From: an uncultured virus (IMG/VR IMGVR_UViG_3300033149_005651)
Taxonomy: Duplodnaviria; Heunggongvirae; Uroviricota; Caudoviricetes
IMG/VR virus record: IMGVR_UViG_3300033149_005651
DNA length: 64,000 bases
Direction: 5' to 3' (one strand)
The notes beneath the pieces are model-generated. The model was not told the DNA's origin and did not search any database. It was given only the letters and a program-made list of their open reading frames with translations. A program made the position numbers and the translations under genes. This document shows, one piece after another, positions 41,121 through 49,557 of this stretch. Positions within the stretch are counted from its first letter, which is position 1. Each line of letters starts with the position of its first letter.

Positions 41121-42023
41121 TTAAGATGTGATTATAATCGTTTGATCCATATATCGCAAAGCACGATCATCCGCCGCTTCTAGTTGTAAAAATTGAGTAA
41201 CTGTGGGATACCCAGCAGAATTCGGAATATTCAAATCTGGAATAACTCGATGATCATGACCCATCATAAATGCATCCCCGAGCACATTTTGCCCAATAAT
41301 CACATTACTATTTTGGTCAATCTTGAACAAACCAACCCTAACAACATTCGTAGAACCAACTGCTTCGTCCTCGAATGGATATTCCAACCCATCGCCACCA
41401 TTGAATAATTCATCAACATCTGTCTGTACTAGATCTTTATCCCATACCATCAATGAATCAAGATCATATGCCAAAAGACTATTTTTAGCCCAGTTCGAAC
41501 CAACAGAAATCCTATCAACTTCATAAGCTGGACCTGCCCACCCAGGATTGCCTATAAATTCGACTGTATCGACCCATATAGAGTTAGACCCAGTGACCTC
41601 ATTAAAAGAAGCCGCCACATGGTGCCAATCTAAATCCTGAACTATTGGAGCAGGGGACAAACTCCTAGAACCGGCCACAGCTTTATGTTGTACATTCCCA
41701 GAGGACCTACTTAATTGACCATATGCTACGGTTGTAGCAGTGCTTTGCGATAGCAATATAACTATTCTATCTGTATTACTTGCTATAGTTGGAAACTTAA
41801 TCCAATAGGACCAGCTTATACTACTAGTTGTTAAGATAAGTCCGCCAAAAGATCCTTGTTGGAGAACACGATCCTGAGTTCCATCGAATCTCCAACCTTT
41901 TCCTTTCTTGCCTGGGACAAAGTTATCAGCACCGGTTGCTATTAATTCTGTTCCATTTACTTTGCCTATTAAGGAATTATTAAAATTCCAGGCTTCTACT
42001 GGTGTCTTGTCTTTGATTGCCAT
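41121..42023 (-). CDS. LamG/concanavalin A-like domain protein (virion-type)
   Basis: WHHVAASF, SIWVD, LDSLMVWDKDL..DVDELFN. Confidence 0.8.
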   Translation of the reverse strand: MAIKDKTPVEAWNFNNSLIGKVNGTELIATGADNFVPGKKGKGWRFDGTQDRVLQQGSFGGLILTTSSISWSYWIKFPTIASNTDRIVILLSQSTATTVAYGQLSRSSGNVQHKAVAGSRSLSPAPIVQDLDWHHVAASFNEVTGSNSIWVDTVEFIGNPGWAGPAYEVDRISVGSNWAKNSLLAYDLDSLMVWDKDLVQTDVDELFNGGDGLEYPFEDEAVGSTNVVRVGLFKIDQNSNVIIGQNVLGDAFMMGHDHRVIPDLNIPNSAGYPTVTQFLQLEAADDRALRYMDQTIIITS

Positions 42024-42037
42024 CTATTACTCCCTAA

Positions 42038-42114
42038 AGGGTCTGGGCAGACTCGAAACTACCAACGACACGACGAAATGAATCGCCGCCGCTCTACCTT
42101 TGAGCTACAGACCC
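42038..42114 (-). tRNA. Atypical tRNA-like gene (extended anticodon stem, loop TTCATT, 8-nt T-loop)
   Basis: GGGTCTG/CAGACCC acceptor stem; canonical D-arm; anticodon ambiguous (CAT or TCA). Confidence 0.6.
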
Positions 42115-42519
42115 TATCTTAAGACGAGCGACGTTCATCTATTGTTGTTATCAGCCACTCGTTAGCATAATCATTAATTTCTTTTTCACACGCATCAACA
42201 CCATGCCATAACTCCAATCCTTCATTGATGCTTTCAGACGGTGTTCCAACACCAATACAAGCTTTCCAAAATTCTAAACGCAATGCCGCCTCTGCATATT
42301 TGCTTTGAATAGGAAGGTTTTTAGCATGACGATACCATTCTTTTCGGCAATCATGGCAAAGCCACGCAACCAACCCGAAAGCCATTTGAACTTCAAGACA
42401 AAGAGGATCAGGTTTTGAAGCATTTTCCCCCGCTCCACATCTTTCACAACATCGAATAGGCCGAACATGTTGCTGTTCTGACCATTCATCATATTCATCG
42501 TACATATAATTCCTTTGAA

Positions 42520-43098
42520 CTAAGGCTCATTGCCAAGAATCACATTCCTATTATCAATCGGAATAAATCCAGACATTTTCAAATCATCAACAACCCACCG
42601 ATACAATTTTTCAGCATTATCCCCCAACATATCAAGAGGGAGACTTGCTAACCAACAGACCTGTTGAGCACAAACCACCGACCCAGAATAATCCAGCATC
42701 ACCCTTGCAAATTCTTTAAGATCTTCTGGTATCTCATATCCAGTTTGTTCCTTTACAAATGCTGGAGCAGACACCATAAACATCTTACGTACGCGATTAC
42801 CACCCATATCGTAAGTATCATCGTCTTTCGGCCCTATATAAATATAAGGATTGATTCCTTCAAAAACCCACCGCGTAGGGTCAATAATATTATTATCTGT
42901 AACAACCCAACCATGATGCGTAAACGATCTTGATCCAAATATCGAATTAGGATCAATAAAACCATGATAATGACCGTAAACCGCTTTACCTTTTACAACA
43001 TTATGCTTCACCATCTGTGAAGCAATGTGGAAGCAATTTCCAGGCCAATCATTCACACAGATTCCTATTTGTTCTGCTACTATTTGTGGGTCCATCAT
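42520..43098 (-). CDS. Hypothetical protein, possible Cys-His-Asp (transglutaminase-like) fold
   Basis: GNCF, HHGWV, IIDPT. Confidence 0.6.
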   Translation of the reverse strand: MMDPQIVAEQIGICVNDWPGNCFHIASQMVKHNVVKGKAVYGHYHGFIDPNSIFGSRSFTHHGWVVTDNNIIDPTRWVFEGINPYIYIGPKDDDTYDMGGNRVRKMFMVSAPAFVKEQTGYEIPEDLKEFARVMLDYSGSVVCAQQVCWLASLPLDMLGDNAEKLYRWVVDDLKMSGFIPIDNRNVILGNEP

Positions 43099-43793
43099 CG
43101 ACTTTCTGGCTCAGCAAATACAAATCTATCAATTTCTTCACCGCTCAGGTTATAGCCAACCATCGCAAGACGTCGGTCAATCCAAGGACGAATCGATAAC
43201 ATTCCGCTCGAAGAATCGATTTGGGTCCGCTCATAGGTAACGCGCACAACCCCAAAACTGTCTTTTTCTTCAACAGAAGTATAGCCCATGTCTTTTGGTA
43301 ATGCACTTGGCGGGTTTTCGCCTTTGACAAAACCATCCCATAGAGCTTGCATCATTTCATCCATCGTCGCCTGATCGATATCGTTAATTGCGTCGAGGAT
43401 TTTTTGCCAAATTGTCTGCATTGTAGCCTCCAGAACTTTTGAACTGATTACTTATTGCAGACCTTGATAAGGAGTTAATTTTTGAATTCGCCTAAAATAG
43501 GGTCAATGCTGATGTTTATTTCTTGTTTTTCTTCTGTTTTGATAAGTAATCGTTTTTCAATACGGTCTTTCATTTTATACCATGTATCTGAAATATCATG
43601 ATGGCCCCATGTGATACTACGCATGATCTTACAAACATCGTGCCAATCTTCTTGATCACATTGAATAAGAATTTTTGTCATATTTCTAGTTCTTAGTTTT
43701 CAAGAGTATTCGTGTGACTAAGATAGTCCCTAACACTAATGCAATCATGACAGAAGTATAAAGAGTGATTTCTAAATTTAACACTAAAGCTCC

Positions 43794-44135
43794 TTATGTT
43801 GCAACTGTTTCTCGTATTCGCTTAATGGCTGTCGTAAGAATATGACAATTATTTATTAATGTACCAATGCGTGATATGGTCATGATGTCGCTCATTGGTA
43901 TTTCTTGTGCCTCTTTATTTTCTGTACACGCTTCTACAGCATTTTGTGGTAATAAAGGTTCTAGTTTATTCTCCAACAAGGTAATTTCATGTTGGACACT
44001 CTCCATTTCAGAACTTAAATCATCAAGCGATTGTTGTAACATCCCACGTTGTTGTGGTTGTGCATCCATAACGCCTGAAGGAGCCCTGCCTGATTCTTGC
44101 ATTTTGTGCGGGAAGGGAGCTATAACCATTTTCAT
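43794..44135 (-). CDS. Hypothetical coiled-coil protein (start trimmed to avoid tRNA-Tyr)
   Basis: The track ORF overlaps the tRNA. Confidence 0.6.
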   Translation of the reverse strand: MKMVIAPFPHKMQESGRAPSGVMDAQPQQRGMLQQSLDDLSSEMESVQHEITLLENKLEPLLPQNAVEACTENKEAQEIPMSDIMTISRIGTLINNCHILTTAIKRIRETVAT

Positions 44136-44163
44136 CACCTTACATAGAGCTAGAACTGAGAAG

Positions 44164-44244
44164 TGGGAGGCAGAGGAATTGAACCTCCAGGTGCCACCCA
44201 GCATTAACCAACGAGTTTACAGCCCGCCGCTGGGAATACCTCCC
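44164..44244 (-). tRNA. tRNA-Tyr(GTA), lacking a normal D-arm
   Basis: Acceptor GGGAGGT/GCCTCCC, loop CTGTAAA, T-arm GGAGG-TTCAATT-CCTCT. Confidence 0.7.
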
Positions 44245-44248
44245 CGAG

Positions 44249-44319
44249 CAGGCCCTTCCGGATTTGAACCGAAACTTCAGCTTTTGGAGAGCAGTGTGCT
44301 ACCATTACACTAAGGACCC
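44249..44319 (-). tRNA. tRNA-Trp(CCA)
   Basis: Cloverleaf; loop CTCCAAA. Confidence 0.9.
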
Positions 44320-44350
44320 GTACATCAATACCAAAGCCAATAAAATTGAG

Positions 44351-44650
44351 TCATTTCATTTCTCCAAAAATTTCATTTCTAAGCTGCATTCGACTATTCA
44401 AGTTATATGTCTTAGCCTTAACCTTGATTTCATTTAATTCATTATGGGTGATATACTCGTCGCGCATTGCTTCTTGAATTATGGACTGAGTTTTTGGTAT
44501 ATTCACGTATAGATAACGCACTTGATCGTATTCATCTGCTGAAATACTTGACCTATAGTATCTATCAATGGCAACGTTAATAACGTTAACAATACCAATA
44601 CCCGCTGCTACCGAAATGCAAATAATATAAACGTAACTAAACATTTTCAT
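44351..44650 (-). CDS. Membrane-anchored hypothetical protein
   Basis: N-terminal hydrophobic segment. Confidence 0.7.
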   Translation of the reverse strand: MKMFSYVYIICISVAAGIGIVNVINVAIDRYYRSSISADEYDQVRYLYVNIPKTQSIIQEAMRDEYITHNELNEIKVKAKTYNLNSRMQLRNEIFGEMK

Positions 44651-44853
44651 TTTAGATTACGATCCAGTTCGACCAATTCTTCGGGGTTAGGACTTTGAAG
44701 CGAAAGATTTGTGCAAAGGTGCGAGTATCAATTTGTTTTCTCCAAAAGGTAATTCTTTTTATGTCTTTACTGATGGATAAAAGTTTCAATTTTTCTAAAA
44801 ACCGCATGGACATTGATGTGGGCTTTTAGACGAACTGGGAGTTTTCTTTGTGA

Positions 44854-45057
44854 CTAGGTTAAATCTTCTTTCTTCCAATCATGAATCGGGTCAACAGGCG
44901 TTGGAGCAGCCGAGTGTGAATTGCTCATGTTTGTGTCGAAAATATCTATTATCCGTCTAGGATAGATTCTTCGTATTAACGGAATTGTGATCCGTTCGAA
45001 ATTAGAAATGTCTACTGTGTTTTTTAGTTCCATCTTTTCCATCTTTTCCCAGTTCAC
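44854..45057 (-). CDS. Small protein carrying a gp23-type major-capsid N-terminal motif
   Basis: NFERITIPLIRRIYP. Confidence 0.6.
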   Translation of the reverse strand: MNWEKMEKMELKNTVDISNFERITIPLIRRIYPRRIIDIFDTNMSNSHSAAPTPVDPIHDWKKEDLT

Positions 45058-45091
45058 AATGACTATTTAAGCAACACTTGTCCTTAATAAG

Positions 45092-45176
45092 CGGAAGTGG
45101 AGAGACTCGAACTCTCAACGGACGTAATGCCGCAACCGGCTAGCAACCGGCGTCCTCACCAATTCGGATCACTTCC
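45092..45176 (-). tRNA. tRNA-Ser(GCT)
   Basis: Long variable arm; loop TTGCTAG. Confidence 0.88.
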
Positions 45177-45180
45177 ATTC

Positions 45181-45379
45181 ACAGGGTCAGTTTTCGTCTT
45201 GGTTCTAGACCAAGCTAGGGTCACCATTGAGTCTTATTACTGCTATTGGACTGACGGTGTAAGCAATACCTGTTACGCTCTCATCTCCCCGCTTACGACA
45301 GGGTTTGCAAAGTTTAAAGAGTCATTGACCATAACAGTGGAAGCCTTGCCAGTTAGATTCAAAGTCTAACATATCCTGT
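45181..45379 (-). ncRNA. Candidate structured spacer RNA with an anticodon-like arm
   Basis: Ends pair (ACAGG/CCTGT); GTTAGA-CTTTGAA-TCTAAC hairpin. Confidence 0.45.
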
Positions 45380-45382
45380 GAG

Positions 45383-45454
45383 AGGGTGAAGCGAGAGTCG
45401 AACTCGCGTAATCGAAATTTGCAATCTCGAACCTAGCCACTCGGTCATTCACCC
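45383..45454 (-). tRNA. tRNA-Cys(GCA)
   Basis: Cloverleaf; loop TTGCAAA; U discriminator. Confidence 0.9.
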
Positions 45455-45501
45455 ATTGTTTAAATTAGTCCTCCAGTGAAAGCAATAGCGCAACCAGCAC
45501 A

Positions 45502-45792
45502 AGTACCATGAGCCAAGCCAAGTCTCCGCCAACATACTAGGCTCGATTCCCTCAAATTACCTCGCGATTTCCTACTTGGAAACCAGTAAAAATTGGCACC
45601 TCGGATTCATCAATTTAAGGTCAATTCGGGGTTAGCAAGACCATGCTGATTCTTGCCTTGGCGTACCTCCCGATTAATCAAAGGGCCACTCAGCATATAA
45701 AGCCCAAAAAAATTTCACCCATAATCGATTACCACTGCTTGATCAAAGCTTAATAGACCCCTCAAGTGAGCCAGTGGATCGTCATTGGTACC
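45502..45792 (-). ncRNA. Candidate ~290-nt structured spacer RNA
   Basis: GGTACCA.TGA/TCATGGTACT closing helix and several internal hairpins. Confidence 0.45.
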
Positions 45793-45794
45793 AG

Positions 45795-45877
45795 CGGAAG
45801 CGGTGAGACTCGAACTCACAAAGGTGTTACCCTCACTAGTTTTCGAAACTAGATCCCAATCCAGCAGGATCACTTCC
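45795..45877 (-). tRNA. tRNA-Ser(CGA)
   Basis: CTAGT-TTCGAAA-ACTAG; long variable arm. Confidence 0.88.
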
Positions 45878-46322
45878 GTGGTTCTTCGTTTGCAGCATAA
45901 GCTCTAATTTTCTCAAAAAACCTCCCAAATTTGCCAAGTTTCTTCGTCTCAAGTTCCTGTTGCGAAGCAGGAACCTGCGTTAATTCTTTTCCCGTCCACC
46001 CAGATATAATACGAATAGAAGGTTTTTTCGGTTTTTGCATATATCCCGGAAATTTGCCACACATCCGAGTATGACCACCCCATGGTCCACCACATTCCTT
46101 ACAATATTCTGCGGAAAGTGGAAACTGATTCCCATGTAACTGCTGGCTAGCTATCTCATCTATGTCAGGTATTTCAACTGGTTCGCTATGACAAACTGGT
46201 GGCCTTAAAACTTGCGGATATTCACCATCATTGTACCACTCAAACCCGACTTTATCCCACCATTCTCGCCATCCCTTTACTTCAGCAAGAAGCTGTTCTT
46301 TTGTCATTTTGTCTATGTTCAT
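45870..46322 (-). CDS. Hypothetical protein; its stop codon lies inside the tRNA-Ser 5' end
   Basis: 150-aa ORF with ATGA coupling. Confidence 0.7.
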   Translation of the reverse strand: MNIDKMTKEQLLAEVKGWREWWDKVGFEWYNDGEYPQVLRPPVCHSEPVEIPDIDEIASQQLHGNQFPLSAEYCKECGGPWGGHTRMCGKFPGYMQKPKKPSIRIISGWTGKELTQVPASQQELETKKLGKFGRFFEKIRAYAANEEPRK

Positions 46323-46594
46323 TTTATCGCAGCTAACAAATTATCAGGAAATTCAGGATCACAATAAGGGAAGGATTCTGCAGTAATATCAAAACATGAT
46401 AGAACAGCTTTATCTTCCTGGAGATAGATAAAATAAATTACAGGTGGTAAGAATTTGCCCTTATAAAGTAGTATCCGACGTGTTGTCCACTCAATACATA
46501 ATTGCGACGCATACCCACTAGCACCCAATCCTTTAAGGATCTCATGGCCCATTAAATACTCATATATAGCGTCAATAATCACGAATCCAACCAC
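46319..46594 (-). CDS. DP-motif family protein
   Basis: FPYCDPEFPDNL. Confidence 0.72.
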   Translation of the reverse strand: MVGFVIIDAIYEYLMGHEILKGLGASGYASQLCIEWTTRRILLYKGKFLPPVIYFIYLQEDKAVLSCFDITAESFPYCDPEFPDNLLAAIK

Positions 46595-46771
46595 ATATCA
46601 ACAACTCGTTCAATTGGTTCTAGTTCTTTGATTGTTGTTGCTTTCTTCACTTCTTCAATCATGTCTGTATGACCGAATTCATTTTTATGCCACTCATCCC
46701 GATACCACTCGATTGTATCGATAAGTCCTTCTTTTGCATCTTCTAGCTCATCCATAAAATTTAGCTCCTAG

Positions 46772-46840
46772 TAGCAGACTTGGGTACCGAGCCCAACAAT
46801 TCGCCCATATGAAAGGCAAATGTGCACCTGCACGTCTGCT
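46772..46840 (-). tRNA. Atypical tRNA(CAT), 69 nt
   Basis: No 8-9 linker, 4-nt D-loop, 7-bp anticodon stem, loop TTCATAT. Confidence 0.65.
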
Positions 46841-46845
46841 ATAAG

Positions 46846-46920
46846 TACCCCCTCTCGGATTTGAACCGAGGACCTATTGATTAAAAGTCAATTACTCTAA
46901 CCAGACTGAGTTAAGAGGGC
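46846..46920 (-). tRNA. tRNA-Lys(TTT)
   Basis: Canonical cloverleaf; loop CTTTTAA. Confidence 0.92.
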
Positions 46921-46938
46921 CGGGACGGCTTTCGCCAG

Positions 46939-47010
46939 TACCCCCGGTGGTGTTCGAGACCACGACATTCCGCTTAAAAGGCGGACACTCTACCTCTGAG
47001 TTACGGGGGT
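46939..47010 (-). tRNA. tRNA-Lys(TTT), second copy
   Basis: TCCGC-CTTTTAA-GCGGA; T-loop CTCGAAC. Confidence 0.85.
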
Positions 47011-47179
47011 AAAATACAAACAGCTGGTACTGGGCCAGCGTTTATATCTCCCTCGCATTGTCGATAGTTGTCGAATCATCAGTCTGTCCCTCCTGAATGG
47101 AGGCTAAAGGTGTCAAAATCCATAATCACTTAGAGTATTTTAATTTTTGACTCGTCTTGGTGCATTATGGTGTTTATAG

Positions 47180-47254
47180 TGGCGGTGGCAAGATTCGAAC
47201 TTGCGATCTCGACGTTATGAGCGTCGTGAGATGACCGGGCTTCTCCACACCGCA
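47180..47254 (-). tRNA. tRNA-Met(CAT), initiator-like
   Basis: 1:72 mismatch, A11:U24, loop CTCATAA; lacks the GGG/CCC anticodon-stem pairs. Confidence 0.85.
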
Positions 47255-47280
47255 TCAATGTTCTATTTTTGCTAAAATCA

Positions 47281-47408
47281 TACCGCTCAGGGTCGCTATG
47301 TCCACATTCTGGATACAAGAGCGTAATTTATGCCCCACAGCATCACAGCATCACTGCACTTTATATAATCTATTAACGCGCGATTATATTAGTCCCGTCA
47401 TTGCGGTA
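47281..47408 (-). ncRNA. Candidate structured spacer RNA
   Basis: TACCGC/GCGGTA closing stem; ATATAATC/GATTATAT and CGCTC/GAGCG stems. Confidence 0.4.
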
Positions 47409-47410
47409 AG

Positions 47411-47493
47411 CGGAAGTTCTGGGAATCGAACCCAGGACGGTTTTACCCGCAGCAGTTTTCAAAACTGGTTCCTAAACCAACCGGATAACTTCC
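47411..47493 (-). tRNA. tRNA-Ser(TGA)
   Basis: Loop TTTGAAA; long variable arm. Confidence 0.88.
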
Positions 47494-47499
47494 GTAAAG

Positions 47500-47603
47500 T
47501 GCCTCACGTGTGGAATCGAACCACAATTTTCAGGATGCTTAGAGTGCTTAGAGTTTCGGTGTAAAACACAAATCCCGACGGTTTACCATTAACCTACCGA
47601 GGC
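47500..47603 (-). tRNA. tRNA-like gene with a ~30-nt insertion in the anticodon loop
   Basis: D-arm and T-arm intact; insert contains ACTCTAAGC x2. Confidence 0.6.
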
Positions 47604-47639
47604 AAAATCATTAATAACGTGGAATTGTCATATTACCCC

Positions 47640-47666
47640 TGTTACAAAAAAGGACACACTAGTTAA
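47640..47666 (-). promoter_or_regulatory. Phage promoter motif heading the tRNA operon
   Basis: TTAAC-N14-TTGTAACA; CAAAGATA also at 47683-47690. Confidence 0.75.
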
Positions 47667-48077
47667 TATCAAGGTTCGCATTTATCTTTGAACTAGACGC
47701 CGCAGAAGATTAATTACCCCGCCCTGGTCGACGCACATGTTGTTCCGCCAATCGTTCACCATGAAGACGGTATGTCGCCTCTAATTCATCAATCACAACG
47801 AAAAGTTCACGACTATCAGCAACCCATATCTCACGTGTTCGTCGTTTTTTCCAAAATGGCCAATACCATTTCCGACTTATCGTAAGCCGATATAAAAGAT
47901 AATCAAGCTCACCACTAAGCGTATCATCTAAAGCACGTTTAAGAGAATAACCAATACAAAAAGATGGTTCATATATCGCACCATCTTGATTCCGCAATAC
48001 GTATTTCATATTTTACCCTCAAAAATAATACATAAAAGCCATTATTAAACCAATGACAATTATGAAAGGAACCAATA

Positions 48078-48302
48078 ATGCAATTCTATTTCGACGAAAA
48101 CCAATCCCCACCCCCACCACCGAGAAAGAAAAAAAGGCACCCACTCCCAAAACCAATTTATCCAGGGTCCACAGCAGCAAAAGAAAAAGAAAGACAAAAC
48201 AAATATACTAAAGATCAAAAAGAAAGAGAAAGAAGCGGAAAAAACCGTAACCCATTCGGTGATTCTCTTATCCGCGATATCGAAAGGATGCTAAGAGATT
48301 GA
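48078..48302 (+). CDS. Small basic proline-rich protein
   Basis: ORF after the CAAAAATAATAC motif, coupled to the next gene. Confidence 0.65.
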   Translation: MQFYFDENQSPPPPPRKKKRHPLPKPIYPGSTAAKEKERQNKYTKDQKERERSGKNRNPFGDSLIRDIERMLRD

Positions 48303-48679
48303 AACTATCAACAATAAACGAATCAAAAAGACAAATAATCCTAGCAGTAGACCTAGACGGAACACTAGCCAATGAAGATAGTGATTTTGATACTGAAAAA
48401 ATAGGATCACCAATCTACAACGCCAAAAAGATCATGGACGAAGTCAAAGAACTTGACGTTTGTATCATAATCAACACATGCAGGGGCGATAAAAAAGTCA
48501 TATCAGCATGGCTCGACGAACATGAAATCGCTTACGATCATGTAAACGAGAACCCTCATCAGCCGAATGACTCAAGTGATAAAATAATGGCCGACAGATA
48601 CTGGGATAATAAACAACCCAGTTGGCGAGGACTCCAATACGCCCTCGAAGAATTAAAAAGATATATGAACCGAAGTTAA
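48299..48679 (+). CDS. HAD-superfamily phosphatase with an MKLSTINES leader
   Basis: AVDLDGTL, TCR, KIMADRYWDN. Confidence 0.8.
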   Translation: MKLSTINESKRQIILAVDLDGTLANEDSDFDTEKIGSPIYNAKKIMDEVKELDVCIIINTCRGDKKVISAWLDEHEIAYDHVNENPHQPNDSSDKIMADRYWDNKQPSWRGLQYALEELKRYMNRS

Positions 48680-49557
48680 TTGCTTACCTTCTGCCAATAA
48701 GCATGAACAATCCCAGGTTCCTTACGAGTAATGATCTTCTTATATAACACATTCATTTTAGCATTGTAATAATAATCTTTTCGATATGTTGCCGGATCTG
48801 GTTCAAAAGCAGTTGGTTCAATAACAGAAGCGCCGCGTAATTCCATAAACCAGGCAGTATTATTATTACCAACAGAGGAAACTCCTCTAGCACCAGACAA
48901 TTCCGTCCAAAAATCATGCTCTTCGATTGGAACGTATTCTGGTGTGTTATACATTTCTAATGCCTCTTCATCGGTTGGGATAAAATGCATAAAAGTCACT
49001 GAATCAGTATATCCAGTAGGAGGTGCAAAAGTACGCACGCCACCGCTAACATATAATGTATCAAATGCGTCGATAGTAATAGGCGATCCTGTTACAGGTG
49101 TCGTTGGAACACCATCAAGCCATGAATATAATTTGGTTTGTTGTATATCTAAAGCATAAATAAAATTATGCCAATCCTCATCATAATCAATCGTGTTTTG
49201 TATCACAGCACCACCATAAGCAAGTGCTGTAAAAGTAATAGTATTTAGAAAATGGATCGATAATTCGGACCACATAATGTTGCCACTACCTTCTCCATAA
49301 GATGAGATATGTTTAAGAGAACCAAGTAAAAATGCCGAACTCTTAAACCACACTGATATAGCAACTTTATCAGTAGTTATAAAATCCGGATCTACACGAT
49401 ATAATCTACGATCCAGACTACCATTAGTATTCCAACACTGACCGGTTACCCCACCCTCGATAAAATAATCATTCCCATCGATACTTGTAAGTTCCTTACC
49501 AGCAATCGCACCAATCAGCGAATTATCAAGACCCCAATACTCAACAGGCTTTCTCAT
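48676..49557 (-). CDS. LamG-like domain protein (virion-type)
   Basis: ISVWFK, WHNFIY, SWLDG; layout similar to 41121-42023. Confidence 0.72.
   Translation of the reverse strand: MRKPVEYWGLDNSLIGAIAGKELTSIDGNDYFIEGGVTGQCWNTNGSLDRRLYRVDPDFITTDKVAISVWFKSSAFLLGSLKHISSYGEGSGNIMWSELSIHFLNTITFTALAYGGAVIQNTIDYDEDWHNFIYALDIQQTKLYSWLDGVPTTPVTGSPITIDAFDTLYVSGGVRTFAPPTGYTDSVTFMHFIPTDEEALEMYNTPEYVPIEEHDFWTELSGARGVSSVGNNNTAWFMELRGASVIEPTAFEPDPATYRKDYYYNAKMNVLYKKIITRKEPGIVHAYWQKVSN

Noticed and set aside
45460..45792. Group I intron, RNase P RNA or tmRNA
   Set aside because: AAUCAGCA and GAGACU resemble the Q and R elements, but there is no downstream S partner; RNase P and tmRNA hallmarks were not found.
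47050..47090. Hammerhead ribozyme (CUGAUGA on the minus strand)
   Set aside because: No GAAA after the putative stem II and no matching stems I and III.
43867..47564. Track ORFs 43867-44313, 45097-45369, 47130-47318 and 47298-47564
   Set aside because: They overlap tRNA genes and are likely spurious.
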